A stretch of 63,203 nucleotides of DNA, the filler included, from Globobulimina sp. (lineage: Eukaryota), in assembly GCA_003354225.1 (NCBI GenBank). It is 13 parts of 13 records of this genome, joined end to end, with 100 filler letters (N's around TTAATTAATTAA, not from the genome) between each part and the next. Parts side by side here need not be neighbours in the genome. Positions count along the whole stretch, not along the records: positions 1 to 4,779 come from PIVH01000929.1; positions 4,880 to 9,657 come from PIVH01000930.1; positions 9,758 to 14,534 come from PIVH01000931.1; 10 more parts are not named here. One strand, 5' to 3'. Made by a program: the position numbers and the translations under genes. Every line of letters begins with the position of its first letter. The first letter of the stretch is position 1. The notes under the pieces are model-generated. The model ran no database searches, was not told the origin of the DNA, and was given only the letters and a program-made list of their open reading frames with translations. This document shows, in pieces, positions 1-11,663 of this stretch.

Positions 1-969
1 CTACTGTGATATTACGGACTGATTGTTTCACGTTTTCCAATTTGTATAATATGGTGATGGCTTAGTGTGTGTTTGCCAGTGTTGTATGTTTGGTGGGATT
101 TACATTATAAACGAATTTGTGCATTTTAAATGACAATCGATCATCCATTTATATCTTGAATGTATATATATATACGTGAACTAAATAAAATTGGTAGTAA
201 TGTGTACGTATTATTATAATTATATTTATTATTTTCGTTGGTATCGTTGAATATTTCTACACTCTGTGCACGTTCCGATGAGCTGAAAACATTATCGACT
301 GAATAATGTTTATCAATCATAGCAACAGATGCTAACCATAAAGAGTCCGCATTATTATTGACGGATATATTCGTATTTGAGTTATTTTGATTACTTACAT
401 ATATTTGGGAAAAATATACGAAAGACTCAGTCATATCGATACTTGTGGCGTTTACGATTATGTGGCTGTGTATTTTATTAATGATAAGTGTATTAAAAAT
501 GTTACAGTGGTTCATCTCTTATTGTCAACATTCTAAATATATACAAAATTGTTCTAAATGGCTATTATTGTTAACTAGTACTGTACATTTGTATGGGTTA
601 TGTTTATTTTTGGTATGCTTATTGTGCATATTCTAAATATTGGTATGTTTATTTTTGTATATACTTTAGAATATAAATTACGTTGAATTGCTTGAATTTT
701 CAGTTTGTTTGTGGATTATTTCGTTGGTGGGTGCAATGTAGAAATGGAGAGCGAGACACAACAAAGATGGCAAAAGAAGCGACATCATTCGAAGCAGAGG
801 CGCGCTGACTAGTAACACGTTTTTCTTTTGAAAAAAAACAAACGTACGTATACACATCAAACCTACTCAACACAGGCAACAAAGCAACATATATGCATAT
901 ATATATATATATATAATTAATATAAACACGATTATATTTCTCCATACATACGATATATTGATTACTATT

Positions 970-2141
970 TTATTTGCGTGTTTGCTCAACAAATCTAGAC
1001 TTTTGACCGACACATTCTTTACATTTTTTGTGTCCAGATTTCCGTCTTCGTATTTTTGTCATTGAATCCGTTGGACAGTACCATTTGCCACAAACCGAGC
1101 AAAATACCCCCTGATCCTCACAGCTTTCATCACATATCACACACACTGGATTCTCTACATTTGGTCCATATTTACTTAAATCAATATTCCTTTGCGACAT
1201 TAGTTTGGCATTTTCTTTTTTCTTATTCCTAATTCCTTTCAATGTGTCCAATAACCAAAAGAATCCGCGAAACACTTCATTTTTATTAGTCGCATTGCAG
1301 GCAAATGTTTTGTATATCCTCTTTTTACTAATTATCCTCTCGAATTCTATCCTTTTTATCATCTCCTGTGCATTCAAAGCATTTTCTACGTCCTGTTTAT
1401 TGAAATAAATTAAAAACGGAATATCCATACTCTTCAAATCATAGTTTATTTTCGATATCAGTTCCTGTGCAGACTCGCATTTTGCTTCATTCATAGTCAG
1501 AGGCTGTAATATCTGCGACCCGCAGTTCCCTGACAATGTGGTATGATCTTCATACAATACGCCAACAGCGACACTTTTACTCTTTCCTAATACTCTACGT
1601 TTCAATTTATAGGAATCCTTGAAAAATGTATGATTATTTTCCTTTGCTTCGTCCTCCTGATATGTGTATAGTGATATTGGTGATGGGTCGTCCAGAAAAG
1701 CGTCGGTGCTCTGCGATAAATCAAATGACTTCGATCGATATATACGATATTTATTATCTGTATATGTATAATTCGAATTATTCTGTGCAACATCATCGGA
1801 TATTTGATTGCTTGCCACTTTGGTTTCATTGTGTTTCTGTTCACTATATTCTGCTTTTGTTAATTGTTCGCGTTGGGATAGTAATATTTCATTAAACCGC
1901 GTGAGGACACATTGCCGCCAACTTCATGGAATATTAATTTGTTGGGTGGGTGTAATAAGGGAACAACGTTTACACCGTAGGTCGGGAACGAATATTCCAT
2001 TGCTTCCTGGTCGACAATCATACCGACAATGCACGACTTGCCACTCGATTCCAACCCAATAACAAGTATGCGATAATCAACCGAATCCGTTCTGAATTGC
2101 ATTGATTTTTTCTTTTTCAGAGCTGCTTGTAATTTCTTCAT
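970..2141 (-). CDS. ARF/ARL-like small GTPase with a large internal insertion and a C-terminal Cys-rich (FYVE-like) zinc finger; reading frame broken near 1860
   Basis: ORF 1860..2141 has GLESSGKS (G1), PTYGVNV, HEVGG (G3-like) and YYYPNAN. ORF 970..1818 has NKQD (G4), CNAT (G5), then CVIC..CSVCGKWYC..CKEC. Confidence 0.7.
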
Positions 2142-2435
2142 GATTCAAAGATTTAGAACTAGAGGTTTTTTTTTGTTGTTATCTCGAAGACTAAGAACAT
2201 GTCAAGTTGAATGTTATATTATTTTATATATATTTCATGCAAATGCATGTCAATATTTTGCTAAGAATCGAACGCCAAAAAAGCCGGGAGGTCTAAGAAA
2301 AAGGGTAAGGTCGATGATCAAATAGATTATGAACAGTCGACATGGAGCACATCTCCACCCAAAACAGTTTGATTTCTGCATATTGTATACAAACTATTTT
2401 ATATTGGTAATATATACAAAATCTATGCAATATAG

Positions 2436-4268
2436 ATGGGGAATTCTAAAAAGCGCTCCTTTGAGTATCCGTCGCCCAAAGGATCAGAGAATCATCGCTT
2501 ACGCAATAACAGCAACAAGAAAATGAGTGCGAGCGTGCCCAACATAGCCGATGTTTCGACACAGCACAAATCGCAAGAAATGATGTACGAGCAATTAAAC
2601 AATAGATCGAAACGGCAAATTGCACGCAAGAAAAAGCTAAAAATCAAAACCAAAACCAAAACACACATCAAATCCAAATCAGCCCTTCCAAACAAAAAAA
2701 AAGAAAAAAAGAAGTTGGCGCTGCGAGCACGGACCTCTGATCCCGAAAAAGTACAAAAAACAGCTGCAGACAGCCCCGACGCTAAAAATGTAAATAAGAA
2801 GAATTTAGTGATTAAAATAAACGATGAACATAAAAAAAAGGAGGCGTTTGATGTGAATGCGCAACGACAGACATTGGGCGATATATTAATTCATGTCTCA
2901 GCGTGGAATGCGTTGATTGTCAAAAAGGACGCAAACGGCCAGAAAGTGCAAGAAAAGCCGGGTTGGAAGAAAATTTATGCGGTGCTGGACCATCAAACAC
3001 TGCGTTTTTGGGATGGAAAGGAAGAGAATTCGCAGTCGGATGGCTGTGATGGCAAAGAAATGGAGCAAAGCAGCACTTTTTGCATCTATTTGTCAGAGAT
3101 CTTGACGTTAAATAAAAGTATCCGGGCCATTGACGGCGAGAAATACATCATCGAAATGAAGATTTGCGGCATAAAATGTTTGTTGTCCTTCGCCAACATC
3201 GAGCAACGCGAATATTGGCACAGTTTGCTGAGTGACTATCATTTGAATTATTTTGTGTGGCGTTCGAATGCGACGCCGTTGGACGAACAGAAGAGGCGGT
3301 CTCAGAATGTGCTGAATGGCGTTTATAAGTTATTGAAATGGCAGAAATCGCACAAACGCTCTGGCAAAAGAATGGACGTCGCCGTCGACACTTTGAATAT
3401 ATTGTATATCGAGGAGATATTGCAGAAAATCTCCGCTTTAAATATGACCAAAATCGTGGATTTGGTGCCCGTTTCTTGCCAGTTTATGTCCGGCCGCTTA
3501 GTCCGCGTCATAATGAGCATCAAATTCTTTTTTATGTCGGTTTTGAAGTCGTTGTCGGGCGCCGACATTGCATTGCCTTCTCGCCAGATTTTGATGAATT
3601 ATTTGGATGAAATTGGAGCGGTGCAATGGAGCGACGCCAATTTAAAGGTGGAAGTACTGGATTTTTACTGCGATGAATGCTATCGGATATTATTTAATTT
3701 GTCCTTTGCGTTTACGAGCAATGCGAGGGATGAGATAATGAAATTGAATGAGTACATCCACCGCGAGCATAGCAATAAGGATTTGAATGTCAAAGAATTG
3801 GAACAGAAGTTTTGTGGAATGAAATTTGAGTACGAATCGCTGCAACGATCGTGGAAGATGCATAGGGACCGCTTGCAAGAATATGTGATGGCGTATCGCG
3901 ACGCCGTGGCCAAATTAAAGCATTCCTACCATCAAAGGGACGGTTTGTGCGCAAAGATCGAGACATTGCAGAAAGAGAAGAAACAGCTAAATGAGTCCAT
4001 CGAAGCGCAAAATGAGACATACAAAGAGACGGTGCGCGACGCACAAAAGTTGACGCTGAAATTTAGTACGTTGTCGCAGCAAATGCAGGAGATGCAATTG
4101 CCAGAATATGCGCCAATGCCAATGCCAATGCCGTATCCGCAGTACTCGCAAATGCAATATATGGCGCCCTATCAATTACCATTACAGCCGCAGGAACCGC
4201 CGCAGCTGCCGCCACCGCAAGAAAATGATATCGATCACGACGCAAATCAGCAATATCACTGGATCTGA
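2436..4268 (+). CDS. PH-domain and coiled-coil protein with a Pro/Gln-rich tail
   Basis: 610-aa ORF; WKKIYAVLDHQTLRFW and EQREYWHSLL resemble the first strands and final helix of a PH domain; heptad-rich C-terminus. Confidence 0.65.
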   Translation: MGNSKKRSFEYPSPKGSENHRLRNNSNKKMSASVPNIADVSTQHKSQEMMYEQLNNRSKRQIARKKKLKIKTKTKTHIKSKSALPNKKKEKKKLALRARTSDPEKVQKTAADSPDAKNVNKKNLVIKINDEHKKKEAFDVNAQRQTLGDILIHVSAWNALIVKKDANGQKVQEKPGWKKIYAVLDHQTLRFWDGKEENSQSDGCDGKEMEQSSTFCIYLSEILTLNKSIRAIDGEKYIIEMKICGIKCLLSFANIEQREYWHSLLSDYHLNYFVWRSNATPLDEQKRRSQNVLNGVYKLLKWQKSHKRSGKRMDVAVDTLNILYIEEILQKISALNMTKIVDLVPVSCQFMSGRLVRVIMSIKFFFMSVLKSLSGADIALPSRQILMNYLDEIGAVQWSDANLKVEVLDFYCDECYRILFNLSFAFTSNARDEIMKLNEYIHREHSNKDLNVKELEQKFCGMKFEYESLQRSWKMHRDRLQEYVMAYRDAVAKLKHSYHQRDGLCAKIETLQKEKKQLNESIEAQNETYKETVRDAQKLTLKFSTLSQQMQEMQLPEYAPMPMPMPYPQYSQMQYMAPYQLPLQPQEPPQLPPPQENDIDHDANQQYHWI

Positions 4269-4779
4269 TCTCATCTCATTTGACTTATCTTTTTTTAATT
4301 AATTGCACTTTTTTATATCTTTGCTTATAATTTTTGTTGTGATGTCCCGAACAAAATGTTTCATTTATTTTAAGCTGTTTTTAATGCAGATTTAATAAAA
4401 AGAAATAATTACAAAAATACAAAATATAAATATAGTTAGGAGTGTCTGTATAATTTTGTTGATAATAATTTACATTAATAAATATTTCGAGTAATTTTAA
4501 GTCCATATTCATCTTTTACTATTTTCCAATTATTTTTAGAAAATAAATCTTCATATTTTGCAAATGCAGAGCTTGAATACATAATTGTTGGATTCCATAA
4601 TTCTATTTTATTCAATTTTGAATATTTGAGTTTATTCACCAATTTTAATGTTGAAACTAAGGATTGTAAATATGACTCATTTATACATCCAATATACCTA
4701 CATCTTACCTTTGTAACTTGTTTAAATATTTTATTTAATTTCTCATATTGTATTAAATTATCCTCTCTTTTATCTTTAA

Positions 4780-4879
4780 NNNNNNNNNNNNNNNNNNNNN
4801 NNNNNNNNNNNNNNNNNNNNNNNTTAATTAATTAANNNNNNNNNNNNNNNNNNNNNNNNNNNNNNNNNNNNNNNNNNNN
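4780..4879. other. Artificial contig linker (44 N + TTAATTAATTAA + 44 N). Same linker at 9658-9757, 14535-14634, 19411-19510, 24282-24381, 29151-29250, 34020-34119, 38886-38985, 43751-43850, 48615-48714, 53479-53578 and 58342-58441
   Basis: Identical 100-nt structure 12 times, with stop codons in all six frames; intervening contigs decrease in length from 4779 to 4762 nt. Confidence 0.99.
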
Positions 4880-4953
4880 TTAAGTAAAGTTTTTAAAGTA
4901 AGGAGTACCTAATAAGTTAGATACAATAAATCAAGAGGATTTAGGATAAAAGG

Positions 4954-6378
4954 TCAGTTCCTTACAACATGCTTGACGACATGTTTATTCCATGGATTTT
5001 CCAACAATTTATTGAATATCATAGCAAATATACATGCACAAACTACACCAAATACTATAATTGCATAATCAAACCACACCAAACAATCAATTACCTCTTG
5101 CTTATCAATAAAGAGCGGCGTGATCATTGTCCCAATAAATCTGTAGATAATCATATGCCAAATATATAATGAAAATGTATATTGTCCCCAATAACATAAA
5201 TAATTATGTGCGAAGAGTTTAGTTAACCAAAAATTTGGATAATGACAACAGTATAAACCCAGATTAAACCATCCAATACATTTACAACTTAAATGATATC
5301 CAGGGAAGAAATTAATTATTGGCACTTTAAAAAACAACAACAACACTGAGGCTGCAAGTAAATTATGAATTATTTTATGTTTTGTAAACAATATATCATA
5401 ATATCGATGATAATCAATATCCGCCACAATAATACCAACTAATATTGGCAGATAATAATCATTATTGAATAAAACACAAAACATCAAATATATCAATATT
5501 CGATACTTAATATCTGTTAAATTGATGGTAATACATAATATAATAAATACTGCGCCTGTGGACCAGAAAAAAATATCACAAACCCATAAAGCTCCATTTA
5601 TTTCAGACCAAAACAATGCACTGAACAGTGATAAATGTTAAATGTTTCATATTGACATTAATTAATTGACATTAACATACCTGAAATGACAATTATTGCT
5701 CCAAAATTCATCATAATATTGTCTTGCTTTCCATACTTCGGAGCCTCTCAACTTTATAAAATTAAAATGAAACAATATGAAAGTACTCAGCTGAACCAAA
5801 AATAAAGAATAACACATTTTTAATGATCTGCGAATAATTAAACGAATAAATTTGTACAACCAAAAGGGATAATTTGCGCTGCATAAAACTACATTTTTAT
5901 TCTTGTTATCTTCAAACTGAAAATCATAAGTATAACATTTAAACGCCAGTAACGAGATTACATATCCTGAAATTAAACAAAATAATGTGATATCCAACAC
6001 AGAAGCAAACATTCCAAATGTTGTTAATGTGCCATGTGTTGGGTGTCCTTTATCACTCAATAAATGCCTGTTGTCATTTGTTATAGTCTCCATCTCATCC
6101 ATTCGGTCCTTATAGTCGCCAGTAAACACTTTAATAAGTTCTGCTGAATCTGGATGATGCAAAGTATGTTGGTTTTCGTCGATTGACCAAATAATATTTG
6201 ATACACGATTTATCCGTGGATTTATTAAATCAACATGATGGAATATCACAATTAAGGCCATAACAGCGCGGACTCCTTCAATGAACCTAATCCGATTAAC
6301 TGTGCCAGGTTCAAATGATACTCGTGAACGAAATGTTTCCTTTGGTACAGCATCATTTTTCTCCTTTGCTCTGTACAT
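4954..6378 (-). CDS. Acyltransferase family 3 (OafA-like) multipass membrane protein, 2 exons
   Basis: Motifs FIEGVRAVMALIVIFHH, FCLISGYVI, GQYTFSLYIWH and LENPW. A GT-AG intron at 5621-5680 joins ORFs 5662..6411 and 4954..5616 in frame (CHF-S-ALFW). Confidence 0.8.
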
Positions 6379-6557
6379 TTTTTTAAAAAGGTTTTCACGA
6401 AAACAGCACAATCAGCAAGGTTTGGCAAACCTAAAAAGGCGTAGAAAGCGAGTGAATCGACATTAGGCTTCGAATTCTAATTTATTAAATAACTTAATAT
6501 TTTGCGGAAATATCTTGTTGATATTGGTGATTATGATTATGATTATGATTATGTTGG

Positions 6558-7130
6558 TTAACTAGGACGAGTAATACCGGGTGCTTTAACATCATAATGT
6601 TTGGGCCCTAAAAAGTGAACAGTTACTCCTCTTCTTTTATTCAATGTCATCAATTCATCAAAATTATATTCTTTCATTGCAGCAATTGGTGCCGGCCGCA
6701 AATACTTTCCTTTTGGTCCAAAACACGTCCAACATTCATATTGAGCTAAAAACGTCCTTTTCGGGGTTTGTTCATCAAAATATTTGCAATCACAACCACA
6801 ATTATAAAATTTATGTGGTTTTCCTTGGGTACAAAACATTCGACGCGTCCAACGCCATTTACCCAAAAATGACACTGCAGATCTCCTTCTTACTCCAAAT
6901 TTGCACTCTCCATCAAAATATTCATCTCCATAAATATTGCCACATATTTTCTTACATCCTCCCAGTGTCGACATATATTCCTTACATGCGGTCTCGTTAC
7001 ACGGTTGCACTGGAAAAGTGACTAACATCTCTGATGTTGTTGGGTCTTCATGAACAAGCAATGCATTCCGTGGATCATCCTCTTGTTCGCTGTATATTGT
7101 ATTGTAACAATGAGATTTTAAATAAATCAT
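6558..7130 (-). CDS. Hypothetical Cys-rich protein, probably the last exon of a longer gene
   Basis: 190-aa ORF with clustered Cys; no family recognised. Confidence 0.4.
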   Translation of the reverse strand: MIYLKSHCYNTIYSEQEDDPRNALLVHEDPTTSEMLVTFPVQPCNETACKEYMSTLGGCKKICGNIYGDEYFDGECKFGVRRRSAVSFLGKWRWTRRMFCTQGKPHKFYNCGCDCKYFDEQTPKRTFLAQYECWTCFGPKGKYLRPAPIAAMKEYNFDELMTLNKRRGVTVHFLGPKHYDVKAPGITRPS

Positions 7131-7352
7131 CTACCTCACAATAATGCAATGTATTTCCTTACACTGTTGAGTGAGCCATTAAATTGGTGGATTTACAGAT
7201 AAAAAAGCTCGGAGCAGAAGTGATATTTAGCAGCATCGTAATATGTCACTGCCACTAAATAAAACAAAGTAAAAAGTCATGTTTATTTGCATTACAAAAA
7301 TAAAATCAAAATTAGTCAATAGTTAGTATGTACGTGTTTATTTTATGTTATT

Positions 7353-9207
7353 TTATAGAGTCGCTTGTAATGATCTCAACGCATTGCTAATATTTGCTTT
7401 TGTATCTACATCCACCTCATTCTTACTCCCTTTACTCCCTTTTTTTCCACCTTTAGTAGAACCCGATGACTTTAAAATATCCTTCATTTCCTGTATGCCA
7501 TTTTCAACCTTATTTTTCACCCTGTCATCTTTTAATTTTTTATTAATTTTTTCCAATTTCTTAAGCAATGAATACGGATCATCCGTCCCTTTCAATTTCA
7601 TTATTTTCTCAACCAATTCACCGCCAATACCCGGACTCCCACCTTTCCGTTCTAACGACGGTGATATTCGCGATAACACCATAATGACAGTAAAGAAGGC
7701 CAATATACCGCCCATTATCAACACCGGTTTATAATAAATCCGAGTTGCATCGTAAATATATGTAATTTGAAAGTTTTGGTTATGTAAATTGATCACATTT
7801 TCTTTCTTAAATGTAATCAATGGGCGACCACCACCAATAAAAGTATCCAAATACGTAAATCTTTTGGATTCTAATTCCAATTTGATATCATACGGACATA
7901 TGATTTTAAAATCATGTGCGCCTTCGGGCAATGCAATGATTGTGGTCAACAAATCTGTCACGGGCTCCTTGAAAGGTATATTAAAGGATATATTCAAGGT
8001 ATGCACGCTGCCTTTGCTGTCAATGGATATCAACTCAGAGGAAGGCACATCATAACCAATAATAAAGTCGGTCTTCCAGCCACCGTATAGCGGATATCGT
8101 GGTCGTATTTCCAACACTGATTTCTTATTCTTTTTACCAACACGAAAATTGGACGTGGAGACATTACCAATTCGATCCACGTAATACACGTTACTGGCGC
8201 CACTGGGTAAAGTTGCACGATATGACTGGACACTGGCTGGGTCGGACGAGGCCGCCATGGATCCCATAATATGTCCATACTGTATTTGGGTTGGAAAAAT
8301 CAGGAAATTTCAGTGGCCAAAGCATACTTAACTCGGTCATACATTTGCACTTCATACGGTCCCTTCAATTTGGCGCCGTCATGGTGTAATAAATAAGATT
8401 CCTCAATTCTGACATTGCCCCAATGGCTGATCTCAATGTCTCGGACTACTTCAGTCATTGTCAAGTATGGAACATGAAATTGAAAATGAAAACGAACTTT
8501 CTCCACGTTGCTAAACGCCGAAATGTCTTTGTATGGGCCGTAGCTTATTTTTTTGCCATCCACCTCTGCCGCGGGTCTGTGCAGTGAACAGGTTATAAAT
8601 TATAGCGCTATGTATGACGTGTTTGGGTGTTTAACTTTGTGTAAGATTTGAATTTATCAGAAGCGAATGTGTATTTTGTGCCTAATTTTTCGGTTTTATA
8701 GGGGGAAAAGAAATATTTATTGGCTTGGTAAACTACGAATTGTTTGGATGTCTTTTTAATTTGTTTCGGTAATGGTTGTAATTGATGAATGTAAGCGATT
8801 GTAAATTTTAATTGGTGAGAGGTTTGACCGTTGTCAGAGGGCAAAATGGCGGGTAACTCCACCAAATAAAAGATTGATTCTTCCAAAATATCCGGCGATA
8901 TGGAAATAGAGCTAAAATCAATGTTTCTTTCACGCTCAATTTGTAATCTTTTCTTATTTGCATCGTATATTTCGATCAACGCTAAATTATCATTTAATGA
9001 TTTTGGTAACGACACTAAATATTTATCTGCCTTTTCTTTGCCGAGGTTTTTGACTTCCACCGTTATTAAGATTTTGGTTACGGCATTGGTTAAATATGTC
9101 GCGGATTGAACGCGTGTATTCACCAAACCATCGTAAAATTTAAAGCCAAAGCAACATTGTAGCAATACAATAATGGGGAAAATTGATAGTAGAAATGAAT
9201 GCGCCAT
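7353..9207 (-). CDS. RPN1: Ribophorin I (oligosaccharyltransferase subunit 1), 3 exons
   Basis: Signal peptide; YGPY, EISHWGNVRIEE, RPRYPLYGGWKTDFIIGYDVP and TYLDT..GRP motifs; C-terminal TM helix. GT-AG introns near 8580-8635 and 8281-8332 restore the frame. Confidence 0.93.
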
Positions 9208-9253
9208 GTACTGCCAATGAACTATTTTCAACTACAAAACTTTTATTTTCACC

Positions 9254-9586
9254 ATGTTTAGCAAATTTCTATTTTCACCATTTGGTCATTCTGTTGTGGG
9301 GAAATCATTCAAAAGATCACCATCAAGCTTTCAAAGTTTGCAACACCGTGGTTTAACGTATCGCGTTATACCAACAACAGTATCTCAACGTGCCATACTC
9401 CTTGGAAGTGGAATTATTATTGCCTCAGTCAGTACATATTTATACCATCAACACTATGAACAAAATTACATTGGAGACTGGGACCATTGGCAGGTGAATG
9501 CAGAATCATTGCAAGAATTGGAATCATTGGGTGATGCTTACACAATGGATGATGTATCAAAACAAGTTTGCATCGTAAGGGTGTAG
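9254..9586 (+). CDS. 5' part of a probable mitochondrion-targeted protein, possibly leading into a cytochrome b5-like domain; truncated by the contig end
   Basis: Ser/Arg/Phe-rich presequence-like N-terminus, a TM segment, then YTMDDVSK resembling the start of a cyt-b5 domain. Confidence 0.35.
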   Translation: MFSKFLFSPFGHSVVGKSFKRSPSSFQSLQHRGLTYRVIPTTVSQRAILLGSGIIIASVSTYLYHQHYEQNYIGDWDHWQVNAESLQELESLGDAYTMDDVSKQVCIVRV

Positions 9587-9851
9587 TTTGACAGCTTATT
9601 TCAGTGTTCTAGGTGATTAGAAAATAAAATCTTAAAAGGCGACGGAAATGGACAAAANNNNNNNNNNNNNNNNNNNNNNNNNNNNNNNNNNNNNNNNNNN
9701 NTTAATTAATTAANNNNNNNNNNNNNNNNNNNNNNNNNNNNNNNNNNNNNNNNNNNNATATCTTTTTATTAATGTCTTAGGATATGGGTTTTTATCTATT
9801 GCAGTTGCAACAAACACTACTAATTGATTACCTTCTATTCAAATTAATTAT

Positions 9852-10600
9852 TCAGAAAAGACAAAAGCAAAGTACACACTTCTCCTTTCCATTTGGATCA
9901 TTGATAGTATATTCTGTTTCGGTGTTAGTGTCCAAGGATTCCGCATACAATAAAGGTGTGACACCCGCTGGAGCTTCGGATGATATTCGATACAAGTTCT
10001 CGTTTTCCCAATGATATGAGATTACTTCATGGCATTCTTTGCCTGCTGAGCTGCACGCAAAGGACCCGCCTGATTGGAATAGAGTGATACTTGCATCAGT
10101 TGTATCCATTGAATATATGTTCCTGTCAATAAAATTAATGGCATATAAATTGCCATCACAATCAAATGTCATCCCCGTAATGTCTGCCGTGTTACCAAAT
10201 GTGTCTATTGGTGTAATGGTTGCAGTGGCGGGATCTAAGGTGCCTAAGTAGTGGTTTTTGGTGGGATCGCTTTTTAATCGAAATATTGTGTAAACAACTC
10301 CTGTGGTTGGATGGATTGCCGACGATAAAAATTGTGCTTCGAGACCGCCAGCGAGTGGTGGCACAATAGTGTATGTTGTAGGCGTGGTTGGCGATGTGTT
10401 TCCATATGGATCTACGTTATCTGATTCTTTTTGCGTTTCACGTAATGATTGGATTAAAGCACCATTGCATACAGCATCGTCTTTATGTTAAAAACGTGTT
10501 TTTTGTATTTTTGTATATGTGGTGATTGTTAACATACTGTATGTTTGTGTGACGGCAATGTTTGCAAATGACAAAAGTATAATAATTGAATACTTAAGCA
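9852..10600 (-). CDS. Secreted beta-propeller-like protein (partial, spliced; 5' boundary approximate)
   Basis: ORF 9852..10364 with blade-like segments (LGTLDPATATITPI, ITGMTFDCDGNLYAI); upstream signal-peptide-like exon MLKYSIIILLSFANIAV near 10600. Confidence 0.45.
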
Positions 10601-10660
10601 TTGTTTTGTAGTGCTTCAGTAAATTAGTAAGATTTAATAGGAAAAATCACCAAAAGTTAT

Positions 10661-11486
10661 TCATAATCTTGCTGTTCTACCACCACTGACAACAATATTC
10701 TCTCCAGTAACATATGATGCATCATCGCTTGCCAAGAATGCAACAACAGAAGCAATTTCGTGTGGTTCTCCCAATCTGTTCATTTCTGAAACAGCAGACA
10801 TATCAACCTCACCATTGTCAACTGCATCGCATAGTGTTTTGCTCAAACGTGTTCTTATTAAGCCAGGTGATACACAGTTCACTCGTATTCCTTTCATTGC
10901 TAACGATTTTGACATCACTTTTACTAATCCCACCATTGCTAATTTCAATGTATTATAAATTCCAATCGAATTCCCCAATGAATAGGCACCAACACTCGCA
11001 TTCATGATTATCGATGATCTATTATTTACCATGTATGGCAATGCATATTTACATAAAAGATAGGGTCCTCGTAAATTGACCTCATAGATTTTATCCCAAT
11101 GTGATGATTCTGCTGACATTATATCGCCATAATGTATGCATGTGCCTGCATTGCAAACCAATATGTTTATTTTATTTAATTTGCATTTATGCACTGTAAA
11201 ATCTACTAATTTTTTCATATCCGATTCGGAACCGGAATGTGATGTGCAACCAAACACTTTGGAGACGCCATTTCGTTTCAATTCATTGATTGCATCATTC
11301 ACATTTTCTTGTTTTCGCGAGGATATGACAACCACTGCTCCATCTGACCCTAACCGTTGCGCTATTGCCTAGGAATTAAATTAATTAATTTTACAAAGCA
11401 ATATGAACAATATAATAGCACTCAGCTAGACCAATTCCACGAGTACCACCCGTAATCAATGCAACTTGTCCATCAAAACGACCCAT
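10661..11486 (-). CDS. Peroxisomal short-chain dehydrogenase/reductase (DHRS4-like), 2 exons
   Basis: Exon 1 MGRFDGQVALITGGTRGIGL (TGxxxGIG); CNAG, YNTLK (YxxxK), IRVNCVSPG and ASYVTGE; C-terminal ARL is a PTS1 signal. Intron at 11369-11426. Confidence 0.9.
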
Positions 11487-11663
11487 CTATCTTTAGCTAG
11501 TCTCACACTTGACTTTCTTTTAAAAACTCGTCTTCATTTGCGTCACGGCCATGGGCAAACGTCAATGAACAATCGAATCAAACGACATATATATACCGTA
11601 TATACCTCACGCACAATCAGTTAGATGCAACCACAAATCCACACTATACCAAATGTGCGCCAA

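Noticed and set aside
141-945. Short minus-strand ORFs at the window start
   Set aside because: Possibly exons of a truncated secreted-protein gene, but I could not establish a motif or a reliable splice model.
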